DNA from: a virus
Strand: one strand, 5' to 3'
Length of the DNA stretch: 64,000 nucleotides
Virus record (IMG/VR): IMGVR_UViG_3300042561_001059
Coordinates: 1 to 64,000 of that record
In this document: in pieces, positions 27,390-37,004 of the stretch
Numbering within the stretch: position 1 is the stretch's first letter
Layout: each line of letters opens with the position of its first letter
The notes under the pieces: generated by a model
The model's database searches: none
Told to the model about the DNA's origin: nothing
The model's input: the letters and a program-made list of their open reading frames with translations, nothing else
Made by a program: the position numbers and the translations under genes

Positions 27390-27654
27390 TACTCCAGCCG
27401 CTGGTGACTCCAAACAACTACGTGAAAACATGCACAACACTACCAACGTTGCTATTTCGGAATTTGATTCGTTAATGGAGCAACGTGCTTATAAAGAATT
27501 TATTGATCACTTTTCAGATACTGTTGTATCTGCTGAAGACTTGTTAAGTCCAGATCGTTTAGCAAAAGCAATTATTGAAGTGCTCCAAGAACAACAAACA
27601 TATCACTTAAAACAAGCTGAGCACTATAGCAACATCATTAAAGCTATCCAATGA
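27325..27654 (+). CDS. hypothetical protein
   Basis: start uncertain. Confidence 0.4.
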   Translation: MKLNDSDLISDYNSTKRLGNPDTPAAGDSKQLRENMHNTTNVAISEFDSLMEQRAYKEFIDHFSDTVVSAEDLLSPDRLAKAIIEVLQEQQTYHLKQAEHYSNIIKAIQ

Positions 27655-27851
27655 AACCTAAAAAATTTCAATGGGTATGTCATGATTGTGGTCTGAAATA
27701 TGGTAGGTGGTACCAGGGGCGTGTGTACTCTGGTCCACCAAATCACTGTGCTACTTACCACATGGGTACATGTGATGTTTGTAATGAAATCAATGTGTCT
27801 GTGACTGAAACCAGGGACTACGGTCAGTTGGTTACTTCGAAAATACCTTGA
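27651..27851 (+). CDS. small zinc-finger protein
   Basis: CHDCG..CDVC..TETRDYG. Confidence 0.55.
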   Translation: MKPKKFQWVCHDCGLKYGRWYQGRVYSGPPNHCATYHMGTCDVCNEINVSVTETRDYGQLVTSKIP

Positions 27852-27878
27852 ATAGAATAAAAGAAATGAATTAAGTCA

Positions 27879-29198
27879 ATGCCGTTATACAGAGATCCAG
27901 GTACAAGCAATCTTTACGAAGTTGTTAAAGTACAAACATGTAGCGGTAATCCGCTTGAAGTAACAACTGCAAGTGGTAGTACTGTTTATATCCAGCCAGC
28001 TACAACAGCAGGTGATGCGTTCGGTAGATTACGTACGTCATCACCTTTAACTCTTTTCGATTCAAGCCATCGTTATCGTGACAACGGGCTGTGGGCTACA
28101 GCTACAGGAACAGGCGGTACTTATACATTTAGCAGTGGCGAAGGTCTTGTAAACCTTAATGTCAATACAGTATCTGGTGCAAAAGTTCTTAGAGAAACAA
28201 CAAAAGTTTGTTCATATCAACCAGGGAAATCCTTGCAGATTATGAATACTTTTGTTATGGCTTCTGGTAAAACAAATCTGCGACAACGTGTTGGATATTT
28301 TGGAGCTGATAATGGCATCTACTTGGAAGTAAGCGGTACTAGCTCACCAACTTTTGTTGAGCGCAATTCGGTTTCAGGTTCTCTTGCAGAAACGCGAGTA
28401 GCCCAAGCTAATTGGAACATTGATAAATTAGATGGTAATGGCCCTTCTGGGTTTACTCTTGACATTGCTAAAGCTCAAATCCAGTGGGCAGATATTGAAT
28501 GGCTTGGCTTGGGAACGGTGCGTATTGGATTTGTTATTAATGGTCAACTTGTTCATTGTCATTCTTTTCATCACGCTAATTTAATTACATCTACTTATAT
28601 GACAACAGCATCTTTGCCGTTGCGTTATGAAATTGAAAATCTTGGAACTACAGCAAGTAGCAGCACATTAAAACAAGTGTGTTCAACTGCAATATCTGAA
28701 GGTGGCTATGAATTGCGTGGTGCTCAAAACGCTGTAGGTATCCCTGTTAATACGCCGTATACATTAACAACTGCACCAACTGTTTACCCTCTTGTTTCTC
28801 TTCGTCTTAAGTCCACGCGGTTAGATGCCATTGTTATTTTGACTGCACTGTCCCTTATGGGGATTACCAACAATGCAAGTTATAACTGGAAAGTTGTTCT
28901 TGGTGGTACCACGACGGGTGGTACTTGGTCGAACTTAGGAGATGATTCATCTGTTGAGTACAAGATTGACGGTTCTTCCTTTACGCAAGGTACTGGACGT
29001 ATCCTTGCTAGTGGGTTTACCAACGGTTCAAACCAGGGTTCTGCTGTAGTTGATATCCTTAAAGAAGCTTTGTTTAAGTTTCAATTAGAACGAAATAGTT
29101 TTACTGGAACAACAACTGAATTAACTCTAGTTTGCAGTAGTGAAGATAATAATGCACAAGTGTTAGCTGCTATGGACTGGGAAGAAATTAGCCGTTGA
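27879..29198 (+). CDS. conserved phage beta-rich protein, possibly structural
   Basis: DAFGRLRTSSPLTLFDS, YQPGKS, WLGLGTVRIGF motifs. Confidence 0.6.
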   Translation: MPLYRDPGTSNLYEVVKVQTCSGNPLEVTTASGSTVYIQPATTAGDAFGRLRTSSPLTLFDSSHRYRDNGLWATATGTGGTYTFSSGEGLVNLNVNTVSGAKVLRETTKVCSYQPGKSLQIMNTFVMASGKTNLRQRVGYFGADNGIYLEVSGTSSPTFVERNSVSGSLAETRVAQANWNIDKLDGNGPSGFTLDIAKAQIQWADIEWLGLGTVRIGFVINGQLVHCHSFHHANLITSTYMTTASLPLRYEIENLGTTASSSTLKQVCSTAISEGGYELRGAQNAVGIPVNTPYTLTTAPTVYPLVSLRLKSTRLDAIVILTALSLMGITNNASYNWKVVLGGTTTGGTWSNLGDDSSVEYKIDGSSFTQGTGRILASGFTNGSNQGSAVVDILKEALFKFQLERNSFTGTTTELTLVCSSEDNNAQVLAAMDWEEISR

Positions 29199-29239
29199 GG
29201 TGTTAACGGCTGATAAACTGGAAGTACTGATAGAAACTT

Positions 29240-29791
29240 ATGTATACCCCTGGTCCTCAAACAGTTCCTGTGCCCCAGGCTCCTGTGGTACAAGAGGTTC
29301 CTCAACCACAAGAGAAGCCCAAGACACCTGCTAAATCCAAAGGCAATGATGTTGGTGGGTTCATCCAGCAGGTGATTGGACTGGCTGCGTACGTGCATCA
29401 ACTGCAGGTGCAATCACACTTACTTCATTTCAACTATGAAGGATCAAACTTTTTAGGTGTTCATAAGTTTTTAGGTAAACAATATGAAGCCCATCAAGAA
29501 CAATTTGACAAGTTAGGTGAGTTTATTCGTTCGATGGATTATTTGCTTCCACAGTGTTACAACGGTTTGATAGATGCAAGCCCTGAGTTTAAACATGTAT
29601 CTAGTTATAAAGGTACAGAAATGCTTGGCGTGTACTATAAAAACCTTGAAGAGCTTGGCATGAAAACTAAAAAGTTAGAACCTATTGCCGCTAAAGTTGG
29701 TGCAATTGATATTCAAAACTATATGGCTGAGTTATGTGGTGAAGCATTTAAAGCAGCCTGGATGATTAAAGCAACACTTAGAAACGGTTAA
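29240..29791 (+). CDS. dps: Dps/ferritin-like protein
   Basis: HLLHFNYEGSNFLGVHKFLGKQYE...DKLGEFIR...KAAWMI. Confidence 0.75.
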   Translation: MYTPGPQTVPVPQAPVVQEVPQPQEKPKTPAKSKGNDVGGFIQQVIGLAAYVHQLQVQSHLLHFNYEGSNFLGVHKFLGKQYEAHQEQFDKLGEFIRSMDYLLPQCYNGLIDASPEFKHVSSYKGTEMLGVYYKNLEELGMKTKKLEPIAAKVGAIDIQNYMAELCGEAFKAAWMIKATLRNG

Positions 29792-30039
29792 TCGCTCCAG
29801 TGTTCAAGTCTGTGGCAGTTACAACAAAGTGGAATGCATTTACTAATCTCTTCTTCTATTCTTTCCCAGCCATAGCCGTGATTGACCATATTTGATATAT
29901 TGTGATCCTTGTCACCAATGTGATGAAACTCAAGGACACGATGATCGACTATGCCGCATTTGTTGCAGGACAAAGTCTTTTTATATTCCAAGAACTTGTT
30001 ACGATTTTTTTGAAGTTTTTGCTTAGAAGTTGGCAACAA
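29788..30039 (-). CDS. small HNH-type zinc protein
   Basis: CNKCG..LEFHH..KCIPLCCNCHRLEH. Confidence 0.7.
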   Translation of the reverse strand: MLPTSKQKLQKNRNKFLEYKKTLSCNKCGIVDHRVLEFHHIGDKDHNISNMVNHGYGWERIEEEISKCIPLCCNCHRLEHWSD

Positions 30040-30070
30040 GTAAACAAATAACTTGCGTAAGTATAGTCAA

Positions 30071-30610
30071 TTAATTGTTGAAATATTGTTTGACTGTGTC
30101 GATAGACACAGGCGTAAAATCATTGCGTTCTACACATGCGTTGAAATATCTTTTATCGGGTTCATCTCCATCCATCACAAGATGGCAATGGGTATGACCG
30201 TGAACATTTCCTCGATAGTGACCAGATAAACAAGAAGGGTGGACAGGGATGTGTGTAAAGATCAGGCCACCAAGAAAGTCAGAGCCTGGCCTGAAGAAAA
30301 ATGCACCGCGTACATCTTCAAAGTACTGAGAGAAATCTTTTAATTGACCCTGGTCATGGTTACCACGGATCAAAATCTTTCTGCCGTTTAGGCGGGTGAG
30401 TAATTTAAGGCTTGGTCTAGGTATAACAACATCGCCTAGGTGATACACAGTGTCATGGTTACCCACGGTGTTGTTCCAGTTGGTAACTATGGTTTCATCC
30501 ATTTCTTCTACGCAAGAGAATGGACGCAACAACTCACCATTAGGGTCAACAAAAGAAAGACTTTTGGCGTGACCAAAGTGTGTGTCTGCAATAACAAAGA
30601 TATTTGCCAT
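30071..30610 (-). CDS. calcineurin-like metallophosphoesterase
   Basis: DTHFGH, HLGD, GNHD, THIP, HGHTH motifs. Confidence 0.9.
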   Translation of the reverse strand: MANIFVIADTHFGHAKSLSFVDPNGELLRPFSCVEEMDETIVTNWNNTVGNHDTVYHLGDVVIPRPSLKLLTRLNGRKILIRGNHDQGQLKDFSQYFEDVRGAFFFRPGSDFLGGLIFTHIPVHPSCLSGHYRGNVHGHTHCHLVMDGDEPDKRYFNACVERNDFTPVSIDTVKQYFNN

Positions 30611-30624
30611 GCATCTAGTTTAGA

Positions 30625-30727
30625 GTCGTCTGTATGGGATTTGAACCCACATCGCTTATCCCACTGAAAGCGCTGCGTCCAGCACCCAGGTGAAAGGCCG
30701 CCTTATCCGTTAGTTCGCAACAGACGA
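30625..30727 (-). ncRNA. non-canonical tRNA-like RNA
   Basis: TCGTCTGT/ACAGACGA stem; GTGGG-TTCAAAT-CCCAT T-arm; CTAACGGATAAGG D-loop-like; long GACG-capped hairpin in place of an anticodon arm. Confidence 0.6.
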
Positions 30728-30819
30728 AAGTTGTAGCAATAAAAATTCCTGGTTGCTCAAGCCAGGAACAGCAATCTCGGAATCCCATCCTAATGGATAG
30801 TTGAGCAATGTGATTATAA

Positions 30820-30990
30820 CTACTTTTTCTTGGCCGCAGCTTCTTTCTTTTTAGCGATCATCTCTTTGAACTTGTCACGAGCGGCAGCTTGTTTGTCGGT
30901 AGCGCCAGCCTTGCCTTTAGCAGGAGCGGCCTTACCTTTCATCTCAGGCTTCATTTTGCCTTTGGCGGCAGGAGCTTCTTTCTTTTTCAT
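30820..30990 (-). CDS. small Lys/Ala-rich protein
   Basis: MKKKEAPAAKGKMKPEMKGK.. 56 aa, read by hand. Confidence 0.5.
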   Translation of the reverse strand: MKKKEAPAAKGKMKPEMKGKAAPAKGKAGATDKQAAARDKFKEMIAKKKEAAAKKK

Positions 30991-31019
30991 GATGTTTTAG
31001 GAGCTATTACAATTTTAAC

Positions 31020-31214
31020 TCACTTCTTTTTGCGGGCAGCTTTACTAGCTTTCTTTGCTGCTTCTGTATTAGGAACAAACTGCTTGCCTTGTTTGCTGCC
31101 AGCTTTTTTCTTGGCATCTGTTTTGATACGTTCCTCTTTTGAAAGAGCAGCCCATGCTTTCTCTGGGAGGTAACGTTTGGTTTGTCCTTTCTCAATCGCT
31201 TTATCGGCTGCCAT
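31020..31214 (-). CDS. DUF5872-like protein, C-terminal half
   Basis: KRYLPEKAWAALS..KQGKQFVPNT. Confidence 0.55.
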   Translation of the reverse strand: MAADKAIEKGQTKRYLPEKAWAALSKEERIKTDAKKKAGSKQGKQFVPNTEAAKKASKAARKKK

Positions 31215-31216
31215 TG

Positions 31217-32176
31217 TTAACGAATGTTAATGGGATATGTAAATGATTTATCAGGCATTTTCATTACAATTGAACGACCAAAAAAAGTAAGTGGATGACT
31301 TGTTGTTGAAACTGTTTGCTCTTTTTTGTTAGATAGTTGTATTTCTTTTGCAGCATTTAAAGCCATTTCTTGAGAAGGATCTGGAAGAATAACACCCCCA
31401 GGAAGTGGTCCAATAGGAGCTTTTGCATCTGCAGCTCCATAAACAAAATCGTATTTTTCATTTGCGGTATATCCGTCTTTAGTTGGGTTAAACCATAAAC
31501 TTCCAAAAGAAGTAGCAGGGGAAGTTAAAGGATTATTATCAAGAGCAGAGTATGCATAAAAAGGAACGTCTCCTTGCTTAATCCTATTTAACTTGCTTTT
31601 TTCTTGAGCAAGTGCATTATTTATCTCTTGCGGCTGTGGTACATACCCACCAAATGGACCTGATGCAGTTGCTTGTTGTAGTGGAAATTTATTATTACGC
31701 AATGCATCCAGCATTGAAGATAAATTTTCTACAAGTGATTGGGATTCTTTAATTCTTTTGCCGGTATTAACAACAGATGTATCTAAAATTTCTTTAATGC
31801 CACGTGTTGCGCGTTCAGGTATTTGAAGATTTTTATTACCTAAACCTGTGTAATATCTACTAAATAAATTAACGCTAAAAGGAAGTGCGTTTAATCCAGA
31901 AGCAATTGCATCTTGTACTGGTTCTGGAGATGTTTTAATAGTTCTCTCAACAAAAGGCTGGGCATTGGCTATGCCAGTAGCTGCTGAATCAATTAAAGCT
32001 GCTTTCCTCCGTTCAAAACCACTAGGTTGTTGATTTTTAGGAATACTCGATCTTTGGAAAGCTGCTCCAATAGGTGTTGCTGCACCGCCAGGAAGAAATC
32101 CTCCAAAAACATTTTTATCTACCTGACCGTAACTACGGTTTACGCGATTAAGAAACTGTTGAAATAAATCGCTCAT
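31217..32176 (-). CDS. hypothetical protein
   Basis: 319-aa ORF between the two DUF5872-like halves. Confidence 0.55.
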   Translation of the reverse strand: MSDLFQQFLNRVNRSYGQVDKNVFGGFLPGGAATPIGAAFQRSSIPKNQQPSGFERRKAALIDSAATGIANAQPFVERTIKTSPEPVQDAIASGLNALPFSVNLFSRYYTGLGNKNLQIPERATRGIKEILDTSVVNTGKRIKESQSLVENLSSMLDALRNNKFPLQQATASGPFGGYVPQPQEINNALAQEKSKLNRIKQGDVPFYAYSALDNNPLTSPATSFGSLWFNPTKDGYTANEKYDFVYGAADAKAPIGPLPGGVILPDPSQEMALNAAKEIQLSNKKEQTVSTTSHPLTFFGRSIVMKMPDKSFTYPINIR

Positions 32177-32460
32177 TATTTTGACTCCTTATACTTTTTG
32201 GCCGCTGATTTAGCTTTAGATCTTTTTTCATACTCTTCTCGAGTGCTCCATTTTTCCTTGCCCCACTTCTCTAAATTTTTTTGCTTCTCACCCTTACCAC
32301 CCTTGTATCCGCCACCAGCTTTCTCATATTCCTGAGCAACCAGTTGAGCCTTACGTGCGCTCCACTGACCTGCTTTCCCGCCACGGGTGCCAGCTATAAC
32401 GCGATCTTTAATTCGTTCACGCAACTCTGGTTTTGAATACTTGCTATCGTCTTGCGCCAC
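32176..32460 (-). CDS. DUF5872-like protein, N-terminal half
   Basis: YSKPELRERIK..GGKAGQWSARKAQLVAQEYEKAGGGY. Confidence 0.6.
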   Translation of the reverse strand: MAQDDSKYSKPELRERIKDRVIAGTRGGKAGQWSARKAQLVAQEYEKAGGGYKGGKGEKQKNLEKWGKEKWSTREEYEKRSKAKSAAKKYKESK

Positions 32461-32504
32461 ACGCAGTACTGTTGACCGTACTAACTATTTTAAGTCAACA
32501 GTAT

Positions 32505-32726
32505 TTAACCCATAAAGAATGGGGGTTTGCTGCCAGGGTTCTTGGATTTTTCTTCCATGTGACGCATTACATCCTCAAGAGATTCAACTGCTTCAAGCCT
32601 CATCAACATGTCGGTAAGACTTGAAATAACAATGGGATGCTCAGATCTTGCAGCGAAAGCAAGTGCATCACGCAGATTGTTCGTTGCTTGAGTAATTGAT
32701 TCCTTGACTTGACTGCTCAAAGCCAT
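32505..32726 (-). CDS. conserved cyanophage-type hypothetical protein
   Basis: MALSSQVKESI..LRDALAFAARSEHP. Confidence 0.55.
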   Translation of the reverse strand: MALSSQVKESITQATNNLRDALAFAARSEHPIVISSLTDMLMRLEAVESLEDVMRHMEEKSKNPGSKPPFFMG

Positions 32727-32922
32727 TTGAGATTCCTTGGGTTTCGTTGTCAGTATAAACATTGTTTTTTGCATTTTGTTTGGATAAGGTCAAACTTTGA
32801 AGCAACGCATCGTGTTGATTCAAGAATTCAAGGCCTTGTGCCAGGGTCTCTTGATATTGTTGCATATTCAGTGACCTTACAAAATACGGGAAACTTTAAT
32901 TAATTGTAGTGGTTTAATCCTT

Positions 32923-33660
32923 TTAAGACAACTTGTGTAGCACTGGAATGTTGTACATACCAATGTTTCCGTAGCCGCTATCTTCAAAGGCAAAGCAGAT
33001 GTTTGTGGTATCGCAATCCCAGGTGAGAGTGCGGGGGTTTACACCTGAGAAACGCAATCCCTGAGCAAACGGAAGTGCTTTGTAAACACAAAAACAATTA
33101 AAGGTGGAAGCAACGGGAAGAAGATCAGGAAGTTCTGAGACTTTGGGGCCTTTATATTCGGAATCATCTGGGTTGACACGTGTTGCCCAACTGTCATAAA
33201 TCCAGTCAGCCACACCAAATCCATGGGGGAGAACACTGTAACCAGAAGCAATATCTAAGTCTGAATACAGAAGAGGACTGATTTGCTCTGGGCTATACAA
33301 GATGTCTGGCTCGATGCACACAACCTTGTCGAATAAAGCAAGTCCATAAAGATCATTGATTTGATCCAGGGTTTTGTTTCTAGCTTCTGCCAAATAGCGA
33401 ACCCTTTCTTCTGCTTTGATTGAACCGAAGTATGGCCAACCAAGATCAGAGGTCGTCACTTTTACGGCCTCAAAATGGTTCTGAAATTTTTTTTCGACTA
33501 AACGCAGGACTTGTTTGGTGTTATCCTCTGAGTCATTCTCAAATACAGATAAGTAAAATTTAATGTCTGGGTTCTGTTTGATAAGTAAAATTAATTGATC
33601 ACACCATGTTGGTACATGTGGGCCACGGTTGCGGATGATGGTTGAGATCAGGCAGCGCAT
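32923..33660 (-). CDS. GT-A glycosyltransferase (CAP59/Anp1-like)
   Basis: FENDSEDNT, LAEARN, YDSWATR, VASTFN. Confidence 0.65.
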   Translation of the reverse strand: MRCLISTIIRNRGPHVPTWCDQLILLIKQNPDIKFYLSVFENDSEDNTKQVLRLVEKKFQNHFEAVKVTTSDLGWPYFGSIKAEERVRYLAEARNKTLDQINDLYGLALFDKVVCIEPDILYSPEQISPLLYSDLDIASGYSVLPHGFGVADWIYDSWATRVNPDDSEYKGPKVSELPDLLPVASTFNCFCVYKALPFAQGLRFSGVNPRTLTWDCDTTNICFAFEDSGYGNIGMYNIPVLHKLS

Positions 33661-34820
33661 TTGTAAAGCTCCTTTGCCATACGGATGATTTGAGATTCAG
33701 TTACGAAATGGTTGTTGCCAATATAAAAAGAGTTCGTGTGAATCTCTTCGCTATTGGGAAGGTAAGGATCTTGTTGGTAATCATGCATAAATGGTTGCTT
33801 TAATAGGTTACCAACGAGGAATGGACGTGTTTCTACGCCAAGAAAATTGAGTTTGTCTTTGAGAACTTGTTTTGTTCTTTCGGTACTGCAATGAAATGGT
33901 AGGGTCATGGCACTGTTTCCTGTGGGACATGGCATGTATTTGATCCAAGGGTGTCCTACCAGCTCATGGAAGAACGTTGTGTAATTACGGTTGCGCTGTT
34001 TGATAAAGCTATTGAGTTTCTTGAGTTGGACCAGGCCCAAGACTGCGCCTAACTCCGTGTTCCTGAAGTTGTAGCCTTCGGTTGGGAACAGGAATGAAGG
34101 GTCAATATCAGGTGCCAAATCTTCTTCTAGCTTGCGATAACGAGGAAGCATCTCCCTTGCTAAACCATGAGAACGTTTGGCACGCATCAAATTGTATAAA
34201 TCGATACTATCAGTGGAGACCATGCCACCCTCAATGGTTGTCATGTGGTGACCAAAGTAGAAGGAGAAGGTTGAGCCAAGGCCTTCATTTCCTACTTTTT
34301 TGTTGCTGCCATTGAGAGCGCCATGTGATTCACAGCAGTCTTCCAGGATGTGGGCATGCGGCCAATACTGTTTGATCTGTTTCAAGTTGTTGGCAAACCC
34401 CATGATGTGTGTTACATACACAATGTCAGGTTCAAAGCCAACTTCTCTGAGGCGTTTTAGAGATTCGTAGGTTGGGCTGTAGGTTGCATAGTCAATGTCG
34501 TAAAAGAAAATTGAATGGCCCTGTTGCCGGAACGTTGAGATGTTGGTTGCCCAGTTGACGGCAGGGCAAAGAATTTTTAGCTTTTTGTTCTTGTTGAAAT
34601 ATAAGTCTCGTACTGCGTCCAAGAGAAGGGTGTTGGCAGTTGATCCACTACTTACAAACAAAGAATATTTTCTTCCCTGCCAGGAGGACCACTCTTTTTC
34701 AAGTTGGAGACACTTGGGACCGTTGGTGAAACGGTCACTGGTAAGAATAAATTTGATTAGGGCAAACTTTTCGTCAAAACCAATGGTGTTTTTTTGAAGC
34801 GGCCATTTGAATTTCGACAT
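33648..34820 (-). CDS. DegT/DnrJ-family PLP enzyme, ColD/E1-type 3-dehydratase
   Basis: VSSGSTAN, EDCCESHGA, TFSFYFGHHMTTIEGG (His at the usual Lys position), GYNFR. Confidence 0.8.
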   Translation of the reverse strand: MSKFKWPLQKNTIGFDEKFALIKFILTSDRFTNGPKCLQLEKEWSSWQGRKYSLFVSSGSTANTLLLDAVRDLYFNKNKKLKILCPAVNWATNISTFRQQGHSIFFYDIDYATYSPTYESLKRLREVGFEPDIVYVTHIMGFANNLKQIKQYWPHAHILEDCCESHGALNGSNKKVGNEGLGSTFSFYFGHHMTTIEGGMVSTDSIDLYNLMRAKRSHGLAREMLPRYRKLEEDLAPDIDPSFLFPTEGYNFRNTELGAVLGLVQLKKLNSFIKQRNRNYTTFFHELVGHPWIKYMPCPTGNSAMTLPFHCSTERTKQVLKDKLNFLGVETRPFLVGNLLKQPFMHDYQQDPYLPNSEEIHTNSFYIGNNHFVTESQIIRMAKELYKCAA

Positions 34821-34871
34821 ACTGCACCACATAAATTCTTGGTTATAGTGTCAGTATAAGGAATAATTTCC

Positions 34872-35912
34872 ATGAAAAAAGCAATTATTACTGGAATTAC
34901 TGGCCAAGATGGCGCATATCTTGCCAGGTTGCTTTTCGATCAAGGGTACGAAATCCTTGGCCTGGTTAGGAATAATGCCAATCCAGGAAGTAAAAATAAA
35001 TTGAAGTGGATATTTAATGGCTACATCCCAGAACAGATTAAGTTTGAATACTCGGACATGATGGATGCTACATCCATGCATCGGGCAGTAGATAACTTTG
35101 GTCCAGATGAGGTTTATAATCTGGCGGCCCAGAGTCACGTAGGTGTCAGCTTTAAATCTCCAGGGAGTACTGCACACATCAATGCACTGGGCGTACTGAA
35201 CATCTTGGAAGCATGTAGGAATGCAGGTAAAATGCCCAAGTTTTATCAGGCATCTACATCAGAAATGTTTGGCAAGGTCCAGGAGGTGCCGCAGTGTGAA
35301 TCAACGTACTTCTATCCGAGGAGTCCTTATGGTGTCGCCAAGTTATTTGGGTACTGGCTGACGGTCAATTACAGGGAAAGTTACGGATTGTTCGGTTGTA
35401 ATGGCATCCTCTTTAACCATGAATCTCCGGTGAGGGGAGAAGAGTTTGTGACACGGAAGATCACGAAGGGTGTTGCACGCATTGCCAACGGGAAACAAGA
35501 CTGTATTGAGTTGGGAAACCTGGATGCACGCAGGGATTGGGGCCATGCACGTGACTATGTGGAAGCCATGTACTTGATGTTGCAACAACCAAAGGCTAAA
35601 GACTATGTGATCTCGTCTGGTATCCAGACCAGTGTTAGGAGGTTTTGTGAGATGGCATTTAAAGCTGCAGATCTTCCCATCATTTGGAAAGGGTCTGGCA
35701 TTGATGAAGTTGGGTATTGCCCCAGGTTGGAGGAAATTGTGGTCCGTATTAATCCTGAGTACTACCGTCCGGCAGAAGTAGACATGCTTTTAGGTGACGC
35801 AAGTGCAGCTCAAGTAGATCTTGATTGGCAGCCACGGACTACACTGAATCAGTTAGTAGAAGAAATGGTTGCACATGATTTGCGTCAAGAGTGGGATGCC
35901 ACTACTTGTTAA
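34872..35912 (+). CDS. gmd: GDP-mannose 4,6-dehydratase
   Basis: ITGITGQDGAYLA, NLAAQSHV, QASTSE, PRSPYGVAK, FNHESP, RDWGHA. Confidence 0.95.
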   Translation: MKKAIITGITGQDGAYLARLLFDQGYEILGLVRNNANPGSKNKLKWIFNGYIPEQIKFEYSDMMDATSMHRAVDNFGPDEVYNLAAQSHVGVSFKSPGSTAHINALGVLNILEACRNAGKMPKFYQASTSEMFGKVQEVPQCESTYFYPRSPYGVAKLFGYWLTVNYRESYGLFGCNGILFNHESPVRGEEFVTRKITKGVARIANGKQDCIELGNLDARRDWGHARDYVEAMYLMLQQPKAKDYVISSGIQTSVRRFCEMAFKAADLPIIWKGSGIDEVGYCPRLEEIVVRINPEYYRPAEVDMLLGDASAAQVDLDWQPRTTLNQLVEEMVAHDLRQEWDATTC

Positions 35913-36753
35913 TAAAGGTTGCCATTTGTGCTTCCTTGAGTCGTTTGCGATGTAGCTCAATGACGCTTGGGTGAGGAACAACTTCTTTTTTGTGGATGAT
36001 TTCAGCGTGAAGCGTGGGGTCTGCAATGACCAGGTAACCATTGTCTCGGATTCCACGACAGAATTCCCAATGCTCCACGCCATTAATGACAGCCCAACTC
36101 ACATCGTCCAAGGCCTCTTCTTTGATCATGGCCATTGAACCGAATGCACTATTGCAGACCACTGGTTCTTGATTGTCCCAGGCTTGGCGATCTTCTGGAT
36201 TCAAGAATGGGTTGGCGGCAAACGTCATTGCCTGTTCACCATTGGAATCAAGAAGGGACCAACTATCAAAGTAAGAAGAACGCTCCGTATCCTCAATAAA
36301 ATCACGAACGTTCTGCACAGTATTTGGTGAGACCATCCCCCAATTTTCATTGGTATCCAGGCGGTCGATCATATCAATGATGAGGGTTGGCTCCCAGTGC
36401 ACATCGCTGTCTGCGGCTAAGAGATAGTCAAAGTGGTAATAATTGTTAAGAAAGTCAAGAGCAATGTTTCGGTACCTGGCTTGATAACGGACTCGATCCA
36501 GGGATGCAACACTTCCCCATTTAGGAGCACCGATGCGTTCTGAAATGACAAAACCTAGGCGTTCGGAGAGCCAGGACTGGAGAAGTTGTGGGGTCTTGTC
36601 TTGAGAATCATTCTCGAAAAAAGCGTATACGCAGTTGATTCCTTTTTCGAGAAGAGCTTCTTCCATGGCTTCAAATTGAGCCAACGAATACTTGAGGTAA
36701 GAAGAACTGTCCCGCCAGAGGGAGAGAATGGCTAAAGTCTTGGTGCTCATCAC
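35902..36753 (-). CDS. GT-A glycosyltransferase, paralogous in motifs to 32923-33660
   Basis: FENDSQDKT, ARYRN, DSD, YFDSW, SAFGS, VEHWEFC. Confidence 0.7.
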   Translation of the reverse strand: MMSTKTLAILSLWRDSSSYLKYSLAQFEAMEEALLEKGINCVYAFFENDSQDKTPQLLQSWLSERLGFVISERIGAPKWGSVASLDRVRYQARYRNIALDFLNNYYHFDYLLAADSDVHWEPTLIIDMIDRLDTNENWGMVSPNTVQNVRDFIEDTERSSYFDSWSLLDSNGEQAMTFAANPFLNPEDRQAWDNQEPVVCNSAFGSMAMIKEEALDDVSWAVINGVEHWEFCRGIRDNGYLVIADPTLHAEIIHKKEVVPHPSVIELHRKRLKEAQMATFINK

Positions 36754-36926
36754 AGATCCACGCGAATATAATCAATGCTTTTTTGCTGGAGACTCTTTTC
36801 GTATGCATCGGCCTCAAGAGTTTCAACGTCTTGGACCACGGCGGACGAGTACTCTTCCCAATCATCCTCATCTGTTTGTAATCCTGTTGATGGTTCCAGG
36901 TAAAAACGCGTGAGATTTGAGGTCAT
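36750..36926 (-). CDS. small acidic hypothetical protein
   Basis: 58-aa ORF MTSNLTRFYLE, read by hand. Confidence 0.45.
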   Translation of the reverse strand: MTSNLTRFYLEPSTGLQTDEDDWEEYSSAVVQDVETLEADAYEKSLQQKSIDYIRVDL

Positions 36927-37004
36927 TAGTAAGAAATCTCTGAAGAAAGACTAGCGCATTAACAGTAAAAAAGATTAAAATATAAGGAATATACACAATC
37001 TTTC

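Noticed and set aside
30625-30727. tRNA-Sec or tmRNA call for the tRNA-like element
   Set aside because: The 8/5 stem geometry and TTCA strings are suggestive, but no closed anticodon stem presents UCA, the discriminator is not G, and there is no G3-U70 alanine identity or tag ORF.
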